Source: Octopus bimaculoides
Taxonomy: Eukaryota
Length of the DNA stretch: 35,969 nucleotides
Direction: 5' to 3'
Assembly (NCBI RefSeq): GCF_001194135.2
Contig: NC_068986.1
Location: forward strand, 26,648,037 to 26,684,005
Below, piece by piece: positions 1 to 10,510 of this stretch. The position numbers and the translations under genes are program-made. Every line of letters begins with the position of its first letter. Position 1 is the stretch's first letter. The notes beneath the pieces are model-generated. The model made no database searches. It had not been told where the DNA came from and was given only the letters and a program-made list of their open reading frames with translations.

Positions 1-180
1 ATATATATACACACACCCACACATATATACATGTTTCTGGAGAGAGAAGATGAAAAATGAAGAAACGGATAAGTGTATGCGTGTATGTGTATGCGTGTAC
101 GAGTGCGTGTGTGTGTATGTGTGTGTGTGTGTGTGTGCGTGTGTGTGTGTGTGTGTGCGCGCGTGCGTGCGTGCGTGCAA
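1..180. repeat. Compound (TA)/(CA)/(GT)/(GCGT) microsatellite
   Basis: Direct dinucleotide and tetranucleotide tandem repeats. Confidence 0.95.
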
Positions 181-478
181 CGGGTGAGAAATGGGAACAA
201 AAATAATTAGCATCCCAGAGATTTCACCGACCCGAAGGTCATGGTATTCATCGACGACTCAATATGGCTTGGTGTTTGTCAACAGGATACATTTCTGGAA
301 GGTAATTAACTTGTGAAGTGACGCTTTAATTCAATCAGCGGGTTACTAAATATCACAGAGGGAAGGCCACTATGATACACTTTACAACACTGCCCGACAC
401 CGCGGACAGGTAATTAGATAGGCATTACGCTGGTTTAATTACGAATGTCTAGATCTTTAACAGACTAGTATCGCTATC

Positions 479-1095
<617 letters not shown>

Positions 1096-1479
1096 TTTCG
1101 TTTGTGTCATTTTTTTGCCCCCTTTTTTTTTTTCTCTTTTCTTCATCTCAATCACAATTACAGCCTTATCAAAGGAAGAGTCTGTGACGAAACGGAAGCG
1201 TCTCGCTGCCAACGCTTCACGCATGCAGCACGAAGTCAGACTGCAGCAAAAACAATTACACGCCTGTGATATTAACAATTGCTGAAACAAAACTGTACAA
1301 TGGTTTCAATGCTTCAGCCACAGCCACGAGAGGAACAAAAATTATTGACCAATGGCAGCTGCAAGAGATTTTAATTAGCATACGACCATAACTAATTTAC
1401 GGTCAGAGACACGCTAAAAAGATTACTGTAGTAATGAGTCAATGACAAACTCTGTATTCGTTTCTATCTGCCAGAAATA

Positions 1480-1660
1480 ATGACTAAATTACACCCTCAC
1501 TCACTCGTCTTATTAAAAATAATAGGGAAGGACACGTTGGATATGGTAATTCTACATATATTATATTTCAAAGAAAAGATGGAATGGCCTGGTTAGAACG
1601 CTTTTGATCATCACTCTGCTGGATAAGAGCTGATTTGCGAACTAAATACCAACAGCAATT
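1480..1660 (+). mobile_element. Decayed copy of a (CAA)n-tailed interspersed repeat (family S5, retroposon-like 3' end)
   Basis: Aligns by eye with 5495-5725 and 18040-18260 (AAATTACACC...GGACAC.TT.GATA...AAGATGG...GGTTAGA.CG.TTTTG...CTAA...CAACA). Confidence 0.55.
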
Positions 1661-1925
1661 GTTTGAGGCACTCTTAGCCAAACTGCGGTCTGTAGGTCTT
1701 TCTGAGTGGCACACCAAGAAAAGTTTACCTTTTTTACTTGTTTGTCTTTTTAGTTGCCTAGCCCGCTGATGATGAGTGGTGTTTCAAGCAGCCCGTTTCT
1801 CGGAAAAGTTAGCCCATGTCTGGTTTAAAGGAAATAATAACCGCACCGCTCTCATGGATCTTGGAGGGTCTGCGAAAGCCATGAACAAAGCCCCTTCTTT
1901 CCCTCAGAACAAAACGTAACAACAA

Positions 1926-2030
1926 TCGTAATATGATGGACAGATTTTGATGGCGATTTAACTCAAAGTGCAGAGAGTCGGAACAAATACTGCAAGTTAT
2001 TCTATACTACGCTGTAACGATTCAGCCAGT
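1926..2030 (-). mobile_element. Highly decayed tRNA-derived SINE, family S2
   Basis: GATTTAACTCAAAGTGCAGAGAGTCGGAACAAATACTGCAAG...CTGTAACGATTC resembles the reverse complement of the S2 head seen at 18884 and 22202. Confidence 0.45.
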
Positions 2031-2183
2031 TCGCTTCGAGTCGTTATCAATTTGTATTTCAAAGAGTGTGGAAGGCTTTGTTGGAACGTATGACTCTAAT
2101 AAAGCTTGGTTAATTGAACAATCATCAAAGAGAGATGTAAGACCGTGTAGATAATGAGTCTGTAGTGAAACCATCTCTCCCAC

Positions 2184-3046
2184 TGTTATATATATTCAAG
2201 TGCGGGCGTAGCAGAGAGCAGCTTGCTGTGTCCATCACCTGACTGACTATTATTTCGACGGCATTTGCCTCATACTGTTTCCCGCTAGGACGCAAACTGA
2301 CCAACCACAGCCACTAATAAGGTCACGTGAGAGAGTATTTTTCTGATGCCTTCTGGAGCCCCTATTTTACTATAAATAGACTAAATTATCCCCGCCAATT
2401 CGTCGCGGCTCAGATCTCCTAGATCTGGTCGTTTGACCACACACGCGTAACACAGCACCAACCAGCAACCAGCAGCCAGTTTCCAGCGACGACATCAACA
2501 CCATCGTCCAACTACGACTACCAGCGTCGTCCCCAACAGCGTCAACATGACTTTCTACACGTACACAAGCTACCAACAACGAAACAGCTAACCGCAGCTT
2601 TTCAACCCTGTTTGTGTGAATCGCCTCACCACGGAATTAACAGCCAGAACTCAGCCTGCGAAGAACATCTGTATTCAAGAACCCGGCCCGGCATAGAAGC
2701 CCTAACATCACGACGAGTGACCGCTCTGCCTTAACCTTAAATTCTTATATACAGACACTTACTACTGTGTACTCTAATTAAGAACTGGTAAATTCTAATC
2801 CGTGTTACTGACTCTTTTCAATACTATGTATCTCTCGCATTCACATACATATATTACTCGCACACACTCTTTTGTTTACATGACGGCCAGTCTTATATTG
2901 TGTTTTATTATGTCGCATTCACTCACACACAGACATACAATTTAATGCTCCAATAAATCTTACTGTTATACATCTTTATCGGTTGCGTTTCTATCATGTT
3001 CCTTACTGGCAAATTTCTTAGAACTCTATGTTATAGTATTATAACA
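2184..3046 (+). mobile_element. LTR of an LTR retrotransposon (Gypsy-like), 5' LTR of a truncated element
   Basis: Inverted termini TGTTATA(TAT)...(TAT)TATAACA. E-box GTCACGTGA at 2322-2330, TATAAATA at 2371-2378, AATAAA at 2952-2957, and a PBS-like motif just downstream. Confidence 0.65.
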
Positions 3047-3069
3047 TATTTATATCTCTTATATTTTTG

Positions 3070-3080
3070 TGGCGACCGTG
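3070..3080 (+). promoter_or_regulatory. Primer-binding site complementary to the tRNA-Arg(TCG) 3' end
   Basis: TGGCGACCGTG is complementary to ...CACGGUCG-CCA of invertebrate tRNA-Arg(TCG). It lies 23 nt after the putative LTR end. Confidence 0.6.
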
Positions 3081-3271
3081 TGACGCGTTTTAAAAAAGGA
3101 GCCTGTTTTTCCATTCGTCACCATTTCTCCTTTTGGTTCGCACAGTCGTTCTTACAAGTCTATAGGATAGCCATAGGGATACAGAATAGCTTCGACTGAG
3201 CGGGACATAAATTTTACGTACATGAGTGTAATGCAAGTAAAAAGAAAATGTTTTAATCCCGTTTTATTATA

Positions 3272-3636
3272 GGTGCAGACATAGCCGTCTGGTTAAGAAG
3301 CTCACTTTGCAACCATGTGGTTTCGGAGGCTGACTTCCACTGTGTTGTACCTAGTAGGGAAAGTGCTTTGTAAGATAAATTGGTAGGCGGAAACTGTATA
3401 AAAGCTCATTATGTGTGTGTGTGTCTTTGTCTCTGAGTCCCACCACCACCACCACCACCACCACCACTTGACGACTGGTATTCGGTTGTTTACGACCTCA
3501 TAACTTAGCGGTTAGGCTACAGACGCTGATTGAATAGGAATCGTTCTTGAAATTTTAAGTGCAGGGGTTGGCTTCTTCAACTAAAAACCAATATGTCTGC
3601 ATTTCAATGACCGGAACAAGTAAAAGAAAGATAAAA
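3272..3636 (+). mobile_element. tRNA-derived SINE family S1, old copy
   Basis: Head GGTGCAGACATAGCCGTCTGGTTAAGAAG, internal (GT)/(CCA) tract and tail ATGACCGGAACAAGTAAAAGA. Collinear with the copy at 34686-35093. Confidence 0.75.
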
Positions 3637-3764
3637 GGGATTCCGTACAAGACGGTTGTTGATTGGCGGAATCTCTAGAGCGTTACAAAAATATGCCTTG
3701 CGGTTCTCGTCTGTCGACGATATAAAAAGTATGAGTGCTTTTATGCATCACGAATTCACATGAG

Positions 3765-4110
3765 GGGTCCTCTCAAAGTGAACGGTCACGACGACGAGGC
3801 TTCCATTTGATCCAACCAATGGAACAACATGCACGTGAAACACGTGAAATTAACATGCAAGTGGTTGAGCATGTCACAGACACGCGTATTCTTAACGTAG
3901 TTCTCAAGGAGATACAGTGTGACATAAAATGTGACAAGGCTACAAGGCTGGCCCTTTGAAATACATGTACTACACACCTTTGCTGGCTAAGTGGACTGGA
4001 GCAACATGAAATAAAGTGTCTTGCTCAAGGACACAACGTGTCGCCGGGAATCGAGCCCACGACCTTATAATCGTGAACCGAATTACCTAAACACTAAGCC
4101 ACGCGGTCTA
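3765..4110 (-). mobile_element. tRNA-derived SINE: head type B plus the S3-type 3' body
   Basis: Minus strand has A box TGGCTTAGTG and B box GCTCGATTCCC, then GTTGTGTCCTTGAGCAAGACACTTTA. Its 3' half matches the body of 16398-16770. Confidence 0.85.
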
Positions 4111-4184
4111 ACAATATGATGAAGTATAAAAAAAAATTAAAAAATTATACAGATGTAAATTTCATTTTGCCTTTCCGTCAGTAG

Positions 4185-4420
4185 TGAAGGCGCGTGGCCT
4201 CGTGGTTAAAGTGTTGCACCCACGATCGTAAGATTATGGTTTCGATGTTTGATCAAAGCACTTTATTTCATGTTGCCCCAGTCCAGTTGGCTGTAATAAG
4301 TCCCATCATTAGCTAGTTCAAGAGATGAGTGTTGTAATCTCAATTACTTAGGCGCCGTAAAAACTGGGTTAAGCTCCGGCCTTATGTATCCTAGGGTCCA
4401 TAACAGATCTAAGAAATTAA
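4185..4420 (+). mobile_element. tRNA-derived SINE: head type B with a different tail
   Basis: GAAGGCGCGTGGCCTCGTGGTTAAAGTG...GGTTTCGAT...GCACTTTATTTCATGTTGCCCCAGTCCA matches the head and core of the 3765-4110 copy in opposite orientation. Confidence 0.7.
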
Positions 4421-4571
4421 TAGGCAGTTTAAACATTTCCCTAATAGTTTGAGCGCTGAAAAGAATTGTATACCCTCAAAATGATACAAGCAGACCAATC
4501 TCCACATAATTCCACTATCGTTCAATAACACTGTGGCTAAGGCAACCAACGCTGTAAGATGTCAATCTATC

Positions 4572-4584
4572 ATACGCACGCGCG

Positions 4585-4623
<39 letters not shown>

Positions 4624-4764
4624 AATTAAACTTCATTGTATAATTTCTGCCAACATAGACCAACACCAGTTTCCTCGGGTTTTACACATTAGTAGACATA
4701 CATACATACATACATACGTGAGTGTGCGCGTAAACATATATGCGTGTGTACATATACATGTGTA

Positions 4765-4830
<66 letters not shown>

Positions 4831-4986
4831 TGTGTATATAAATATGTGTGTATGAGTGAGTGAGTGTTTGTGTGTTTGTGTGTATGGATTGGTAGATAGA
4901 TTATTTGTACATCTATGAGCGTGTATAAGTGTCCGTGAGAAAAAAAAAGTGAAGAGAAAAAGAAAGAGAGAGAGAGAGAGAGAGAG
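4572..4986. repeat. (CA)n, (TACA)n, (TA)n and (GA)n microsatellites
   Basis: Direct tandem repeats. Confidence 0.95.
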
Positions 4987-5196
4987 TCCTGTTCCAGTTT
5001 CCATGTCGTATTATACAAATAATATTTAAAGGCATCCACATTTCAAAACAAATGATTTTTTTTTCCTTTTTTCATCACCAGCTAATCGGTATATCTATAA
5101 ATCAATCAAACAGATCATGACAGACAGCCATGACAAAAGCCACTATAACTGCAGCAAAAGTAGGTTTTAATACAGAATCGTGTCATTCTGCTCTCC

Positions 5197-5475
5197 ACTG
5201 CTACCACCACCACTACCACTGCTACCACCACCACTACCACTGCTACCACCACCACTACCATTGCTACCACCACCACCACTGCTACCACCACTACCACTGC
5301 TACCACCACTACCGCTGCTACCACCACCACCGCTGCTACCACCACCACCACTGCTGTCGTCAACGCCGCCATAACTATTACCACTGACATCATCATCGTC
5401 ACTGACATCGCCACAACTATTATCAGCAGCAGCAGTACTTGTTTCCGCCATCTTGTACCTACTGCCATTTCCACC
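5197..5475. repeat. (CCA/CTA)-rich low-complexity tract with a 21-bp unit CTGCTACCACCACCACTACCA
   Basis: Three to four near-perfect 21-bp units, then decay into CCA/CAT/CAG triplets. Confidence 0.9.
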
Positions 5476-5494
5476 ATAACTAAGAAACGACAGA

Positions 5495-5725
5495 ACCTCA
5501 CACGAGCCAACGAGACTGCTTGCTTCTACCCGGTCGTATTATTTGCTGGAAATCATAGCTAACTCCATTTCAAATAACGCTTTACCATCTTTATAAAAAA
5601 AAAGTGGATGTGGGACATGCGCTTGTACCTGAAAACATTTGCTAGTTGTACGTTGCTGAAGCACCTTTGATTATGGGTCAGCTGAATCGCAGAACTGACC
5701 TGGGGCTAAACACAACAACAACAGC
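5495..5725 (+). mobile_element. (CAA)n-tailed interspersed repeat, family S5
   Basis: Ends CTGACCTGGGGCTAAACACAACAACAACAG, similar to the end of 18040-18260 (CTGGCCTGAGGCTAAGAAGCAACAAC). Confidence 0.6.
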
Positions 5726-5899
5726 CACAGGGTCACTCAATACAAACAAACACCACTCGATATGACAGAAAATTAAAACTCTTCAGCCGAGAGCCCTACT
5801 GGCTACTTGCCTACAATCGCGAAATACAACCCCTTCATACACGCACACACACACCTATCCAACCATACACGGGTTTTAGTCATTCAGTAAGTCAGTCAG

Positions 5900-6380
5900 T
5901 TTGTATTATGCCATTGTGTTTCCTTTTCTGATTGACATGTTTTTTTATCGGATTTGCTTGTACTCCCCACATTCTGTTAGTGCTGGCCACAATGCTGAAC
6001 ATATCTCAAGTCAAGTCATAGTCTCGAATGTAGGCAAAACCCTTTCGTCCAACATGTCTGCACAAGTCCTTTACAAAATATTTCTATTTGAGGAAGTTGC
6101 TGTAAACGATTTCAGCGTTCAATGGGCAATCCATTATGAATATATGGAATCTAGCTTGTATAATCGATGCAGAGCTTGAGTCATGTCGGTTAAGACTTAT
6201 AATGCCGGTTATATTCGTGAATTGCAATAAATCGATTGAGTCTCCTAGAGAACAGATATATTGATTTTCGCTTCTTGGGGTAAAGATGGTGTCTTTCAGA
6301 AAAGATTTTCTTTCTAAACGACGTTACCGTTGGTCTAGAAGCTGATATCTACATTATAATGCTCGTGGAAATAGAATTTA

Positions 6381-6420
<40 letters not shown>

Positions 6421-6480
6421 CGCCATCGACCTAAATAAGATAAACAGCATAAAATGAACTTCCATAAAACAAGCCTGAAC
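5900..6480 (-). pseudogene. Possible very old mariner transposase fossil
   Basis: With stops and frameshifts the minus strand gives LKD..PRS, then LHRLYKL...WIAH, then NQKRK.(Q)W, in the order of mariner motifs LKDEPRSGRP, WVPHEL and RKxQW. Weak match. Confidence 0.3.
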
Positions 6481-6689
6481 ATGTTAAATTTTATCTTCCA
6501 TTTTTATGAAAATCTTCAATCATTCATGTGTAATAATATAACACTCGGATGTCCATCAGTGTAACTCCGGAGTGAAGTATATAACATTTTATGTGACGTG
6601 TAGGAAAAGAGTTTTCGATATCTCTGAAGTACTTGCTTCGAGATCAGCATGTATTACTATAGCCTGTTTTATTCATTTCTTTCTTAGGT

Positions 6690-6812
6690 ACGGGATTATT
6701 ATGTAGGAGAGAATAATAGGGATTCGATCGACTGCAATATAACAGGCATTTATAATATCGACCTCGAGTTAGTGAAAAGTAAAGTCGATTTCGACAGAAT
6801 TTGAATTCTGAA
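6690..6812 (-). mobile_element. Decayed SINE family S2
   Basis: ATCGACCTCG...GAAAAGTAAAGTCGATTTCGACAGAATTTGAATTCTGAAC resembles 15120-15180. Confidence 0.55.
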
Positions 6813-7104
6813 CATGGACGGGCAAGATTGATCATCATCAGTTCTCTGGATCTTTTTTATAGGCCTGTTTCTTATTCACCACTTTACACACCTTATTGCC
6901 CCCTACATACACCGGTTGCAAGATCACCACAAAAGACATCCTTCCTATTTATGTTGTGTATCAAAAAATTTTTTAGACTAATAAACCCAACACTCCCTAG
7001 GTTATACGTACTGAAATCAACACTGTAATTTAACGACCATCTCTTATATAAAGTGTATGTTGTGTAGCAAACAGTTAACCCTCAACTACTCGTGGTTCCT
7101 ATTT

Positions 7105-7114
7105 ACAATTCACC

Positions 7115-7146
<32 letters not shown>

Positions 7147-7430
7147 TTAACATCTATTTTTTCATGCTGACACGAATTGGAAGGTTTAATAGGATCCCAC
7201 GGATCTAAGGATTGCATCGTGCTCCAGTGTCTGATTTTGTACAGTTTCTACAGCTGGATGCCCTCTCTAAGACCAACCCTTTACAGAGTATACTAGGTGC
7301 ATTTTTCGTGTCACTAGTGCCACTAGTGCCATTAGTGAGGTCGCTAGGCAGCTCGCATAACTACGGACCCCAAACTGATTCAAAAAGAGTTGTGTTTGGG
7401 CTTGTGACATTTGGAAACATCTCACTACCA
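7105..7430 (-). mobile_element. (GAT/ATG)n-tailed retroposon family S4
   Basis: (CAT)n tail then TTTAACATC...CATGCTG...TTTCTACAGCTGGATGCCCT..CTAA..CCAACC. Same family as 19990-20455, 21137-21420 and 26265-26462. Confidence 0.75.
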
Positions 7431-7464
7431 GCGACTTGATATCAGTACACTCTGTATTATGTTC

Positions 7465-7680
7465 AGTTGATAAAAATTGATAAATTGATAAACAAGAACT
7501 AAACATCTGATAAAGAACTGGTAAATAAGAATTAATTAATAAACAACTGTTATGTAATTGATAATCAAGTGTTAAATAACAGATAAATAAACTGAAATAT
7601 AACTTTAAAAAACTGATAAACAATTGCGAATTACCCGAAAAGTTATTAAAAAAAGAGAAACTGATAAATAACCGACAAAG
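7465..7680 (+). repeat. Degenerate ACTGATAA-rich array, left part
   Basis: 8 WGATAA motifs in about 215 bp, all on the + strand. Confidence 0.75.
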
Positions 7681-8595
7681 AGAAGGTAATCTCCAGCATG
7701 TACTGAATGGGTTCATTGCCAAATGCTGCAAGGCAAGGACGAGAATAAGTGTTGCGAAGACAGAGGTGTTAGTCTCCTCAAGAAAGTTTCCCCAGCGCAC
7801 TCTACATGTTAGTGGAACATCATTGAGACAATTGAAAAAGTTTAAGTACCTCGGAGCTATATTCACGAGCGGCGGAAAGCAGGAGGTTGAGTTGGATGCT
7901 AGAATTGTGGGTGCTAGCTCACTAATTCGATCAGCATTCGATCCTCTGAAGAGAAGAGGTTGGTAAAAAAAAAAAAAGCCAAACTTGCTATTTTCAATTC
8001 GGTTTTCGTACCTATTCTTACCTATGGTCATGAATGTTGAGTAACGACCGAAAGAGTACAATCGCGAATAAAAACAGTTGAAATAGGGTTCCTCCGAAGA
8101 ACCTCCGTAGTAACGTTATCTGATAAGGTGCGTAGATCGGAAATCAGAGTATCTCATCTCTCTGGGTCGAGCCGCTACTTCTCTACATTAAAAAAATCAC
8201 ATCTCTGATACTGCGGACGTTTGATTAGAATGTCGCAGGAAAGGTTTTCAAGACAGATTCTTCAAACCAAGCTAGCTGGCAGGAGATCTAGGTGTAGACC
8301 AAGAAGAAGATGACAGGATAACTTTGTTTTGTTCATTAGGGCATCTTTTTCGTTCATTTTACTCCAGTTATTACAAGATGGTTTCACTGAAAACACAAAC
8401 ACATGCACAAAAGGAATAAGCACCACCATGCGATAATAGCTTGGTCAGTTAGTTTGTTAGTCTCAGTAGGTCATACGTGAAAATCCAGCAGGCAAGTTTA
8501 ATCATAGGACCCTATGGAAGAAGTGCCTGAGGACGTGACGACCACGACCCTCCCAGGAATACAGGAGGGAGAAAAATGGATAGATAGATGGATAA
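7680..8595 (+). mobile_element. 5'-truncated RTE-clade LINE (Rex3/Expander-like): RT C-terminus plus 3' tail
   Basis: Translation with stops and frameshift gives KTEVLV..., FKYLGAIFTSGGKQEVELDARI, KAKLAIFNSVFVPILTYGHE, IGFLRR, DKVRRSEIR, VEPLLLYIKKSHL, RGRPRRRW-like end. The 3' end GAAAAATGGATAGATAGATGG resembles the Rex3 (GATG)n tail. Confidence 0.85.
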
Positions 8596-8985
8596 CTCAT
8601 AAATCGCTGATTAAAAACTGATAACTAATAATCAACATACACAACTGATAAATAACTGATAAGCAACATATAAATAACCAATAAGTACTTAATAAATAAC
8701 TGATGAATCAATAATTAAAATCTGGCAATCAAGTGATAATTGACTAATAAATTAACCTATAACTGATAAACAGTTCATTTTAAAAACAAAACTCAAAAAC
8801 TGATAGGCAATTGATAACTTATCAAAAACTGATATGTAACATCAAAAAAAAAAGAAAAAAACACTGATAAGCAATTTGATAAACAAGAGATAGGTAACAA
8901 ATGACTGATGAGCAAGTGATAAGTGATAAATATCTGAAGAATATACGATAAGCAAGAAATATACCATCAGTTTGATACAGAGAAG
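8590..8985 (+). repeat. Degenerate ACTGATAA-rich array, right part
   Basis: 10 further WGATAA motifs on + and one on -. Same texture as 7465-7680. Confidence 0.75.
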
Positions 8986-9049
8986 GGAGTCATTCTGATG
9001 AATCCATCTTTTTCAGTCTCTAATTTGGCGCTTACAAATGTTGAATATC

Positions 9050-9252
9050 GATTTCAAATTTTGTTATAAGGCCAGCAGCTCCGGTGGAGGGGATAAGGCG
9101 ATTACATCGACCCCAGTATTCAACTGGTACTTATTTTATCGAAAGCAAAAAAGATGAAAAGCAAATTCGACCAAGGTGGAATTTGAACTCAAAACAAAGT
9201 CGGAAGAAATGCCTCTAAGTATTTTTCCCCTGGGCGGTAACGATTCTTCCAG
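9050..9252 (-). mobile_element. SINE family S2
   Basis: TTTCAAATTTTG...AAGGCCAGCA...ATCGACCCCAGT...CTGGTACTTATTTTATCG...GGAATTTGAACTCA...TAACGATTCTTCCAG is the reverse complement of the 18884 and 22202 copies. Confidence 0.85.
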
Positions 9253-9254
9253 TA

Positions 9255-9410
9255 TTGATTTCTGTCGTAGACACAAGGGATAAAATTTTTGGGATGTGAT
9301 AAAATCGATTAAATCATGCTTCTCTCATACACGATTGATATATTTTATCGGCTTCATAGAAATAAAAATTCTAAGTCGACTGCGGTATGATTTGAAAGCA
9401 GAAAGTGTCA
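9255..9410 (-). mobile_element. Older decayed SINE family S2 copy
   Basis: CACAAGG...AATCGATTAAATC...ATTTTATCGGC...AAGTCGACTGCGG..GATTTGAA. Confidence 0.5.
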
Positions 9411-9574
9411 CGACTCTAATTAATTTAATTTCTTCATATTATATAATAAAATGAAATGGTTGACGGCACTTAGGAGACTTAACAAAAATCACGCCCAAAT
9501 TTAGAAGTTACTTCCTTTGACTTTTTAACAAATTGTAAATTTCCGATACAAGAAAGAATAAATAATTCCCTTAA

Positions 9575-9710
9575 CTTCTGTCACTGAACAGCGGCCATGC
9601 TTAGGCGTTGCCTTCGGAAGGGTTTCGGTCGAAACCATCAAACTTAGCATCTTATTTTAGACTGATGGTTATTTTACCGAACCCTGTCTGTCGAATAGCT
9701 ATGTCGACTT
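9575..9710 (-). mobile_element. SINE family S1 3' fragment
   Basis: CAGCGGCCATGCTTAGGCGTTGCC...TCGGTCGAAA matches the S1 tail (compare 15900-15990). Confidence 0.5.
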
Positions 9711-9788
9711 TCTGACATAAAGGGACGGAAATTGACATAGGGGTAACCGAAAATAGATATACGCACATAATGTGTGTGTGTGTTTCAG

Positions 9789-9830
<42 letters not shown>

Positions 9831-10158
9831 NNNNNNNNNNNNNNNNNNNNNNNNNNNNNNNNNNNNNNNNNNNNNNNNNNNNNNNNNNNNNNNNNNNNNN
9901 NNNNNNNNNNNNNNNNNNNNNNNNNNNNNNNNNNNNNNNNNNNNNNNNNNNNNNNNNNNNNNNNNNNNNNNNNNNNNNNNNNNNNNNNNNNNNNNNNNNN
10001 NNNNNNNNNNNNNNNNNNNNNNNNNNNNNNNNNNNNNNNNNNNNNNNNNNNNNNNNNNNNNNNNNNNNNNNNNNNNNNNNNNNNNNNNNNNNNNNNNNNN
10101 NNNNNNNNNNNNNNNNNNNNNNNNNNNNNNNNNNNNNNNNNNNNNNNNNNNNNNNNNN
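9831..10158. other. Assembly gap (N run)
   Basis: Run of N. Further gaps at 10341-10350, 20887-21013, 25278-26253, 27093-27643, 32352-32612 and 33760-34363. Confidence 1.
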
Positions 10159-10510
10159 AAAAAAAAAAAAAAAATACGAAGTACGAGTACGTGGAATATG
10201 AACTATTTTTTTCGAATAACGAAAGACACAAAAGGAAAACAAGACAAACAACATAAAGAACGACCCTTCATCAGTTGTTGGCTGTTTTTCTACTCTCGTA
10301 TTTCGAAACAACTGATGAAGGGTCGTTCTTTATGTTGTTTNNNNNNNNNNAGAACGACCCTTCATCAGTTGTTGGCTGTTTTTCTACTCTCGTATTTCGA
10401 AACAACTGATGAAGGGTCGTTCTTTATGTTGTTTGTCTTGTTTTCCATTTGTGTCTTTCGTTGTTCGAAATAGTTCATATTCCATATACTCGTATTTCGT
10501 TTTTTTTTTT
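10159..10510. repeat. Fold-back inverted repeat with ~100-bp arms and a 31-nt loop; core duplicated across a 10-N gap
   Basis: Left arm 10176-10277 is nearly the reverse complement of 10403-10500. Flanked by poly-A on the left and poly-T on the right. 10258-10340 is repeated at 10351-10433. Confidence 0.9.

Noticed and set aside
360-410. Possible 51-nt exon REGHYDTLYNTARHRGQ, similar to the otubain GHYDILY motif
   Set aside because: The acceptor has no polypyrimidine tract, the match covers only about 7 residues, and no partner exons were found.
1190-1230. KRKRLAANASRMQ resembles the atonal bHLH basic region (RRLAANARERRRM)
   Set aside because: The ERRR core is missing and no helix-loop-helix follows. 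The ORF begins in a microsatellite, so this is a chance match.
2013-2030. TGTAACGA as an alternative LTR start
   Set aside because: It lies inside a decayed S2 SINE head. TGTTATA at 2184 matches the TATAACA end better.
5115-5510. Gly/Ser-, Pro/Leu-, His/Tyr/Cys- and Val-rich ORFs
   Set aside because: All frames are open only because of the CCA/CTA low-complexity repeat. There is no splice or domain support.
10300-10325. GAAAC next to CTGATGA in the palindrome as a hammerhead ribozyme
   Set aside because: Only about 3 nt separate the motifs, leaving no room for stems I/III or a cleavage triplet in any topology.
10351-10433. Exact tandem duplication of the palindrome core
   Set aside because: The identical copies straddle a 10-N gap, so this is most likely an unmerged contig overlap.
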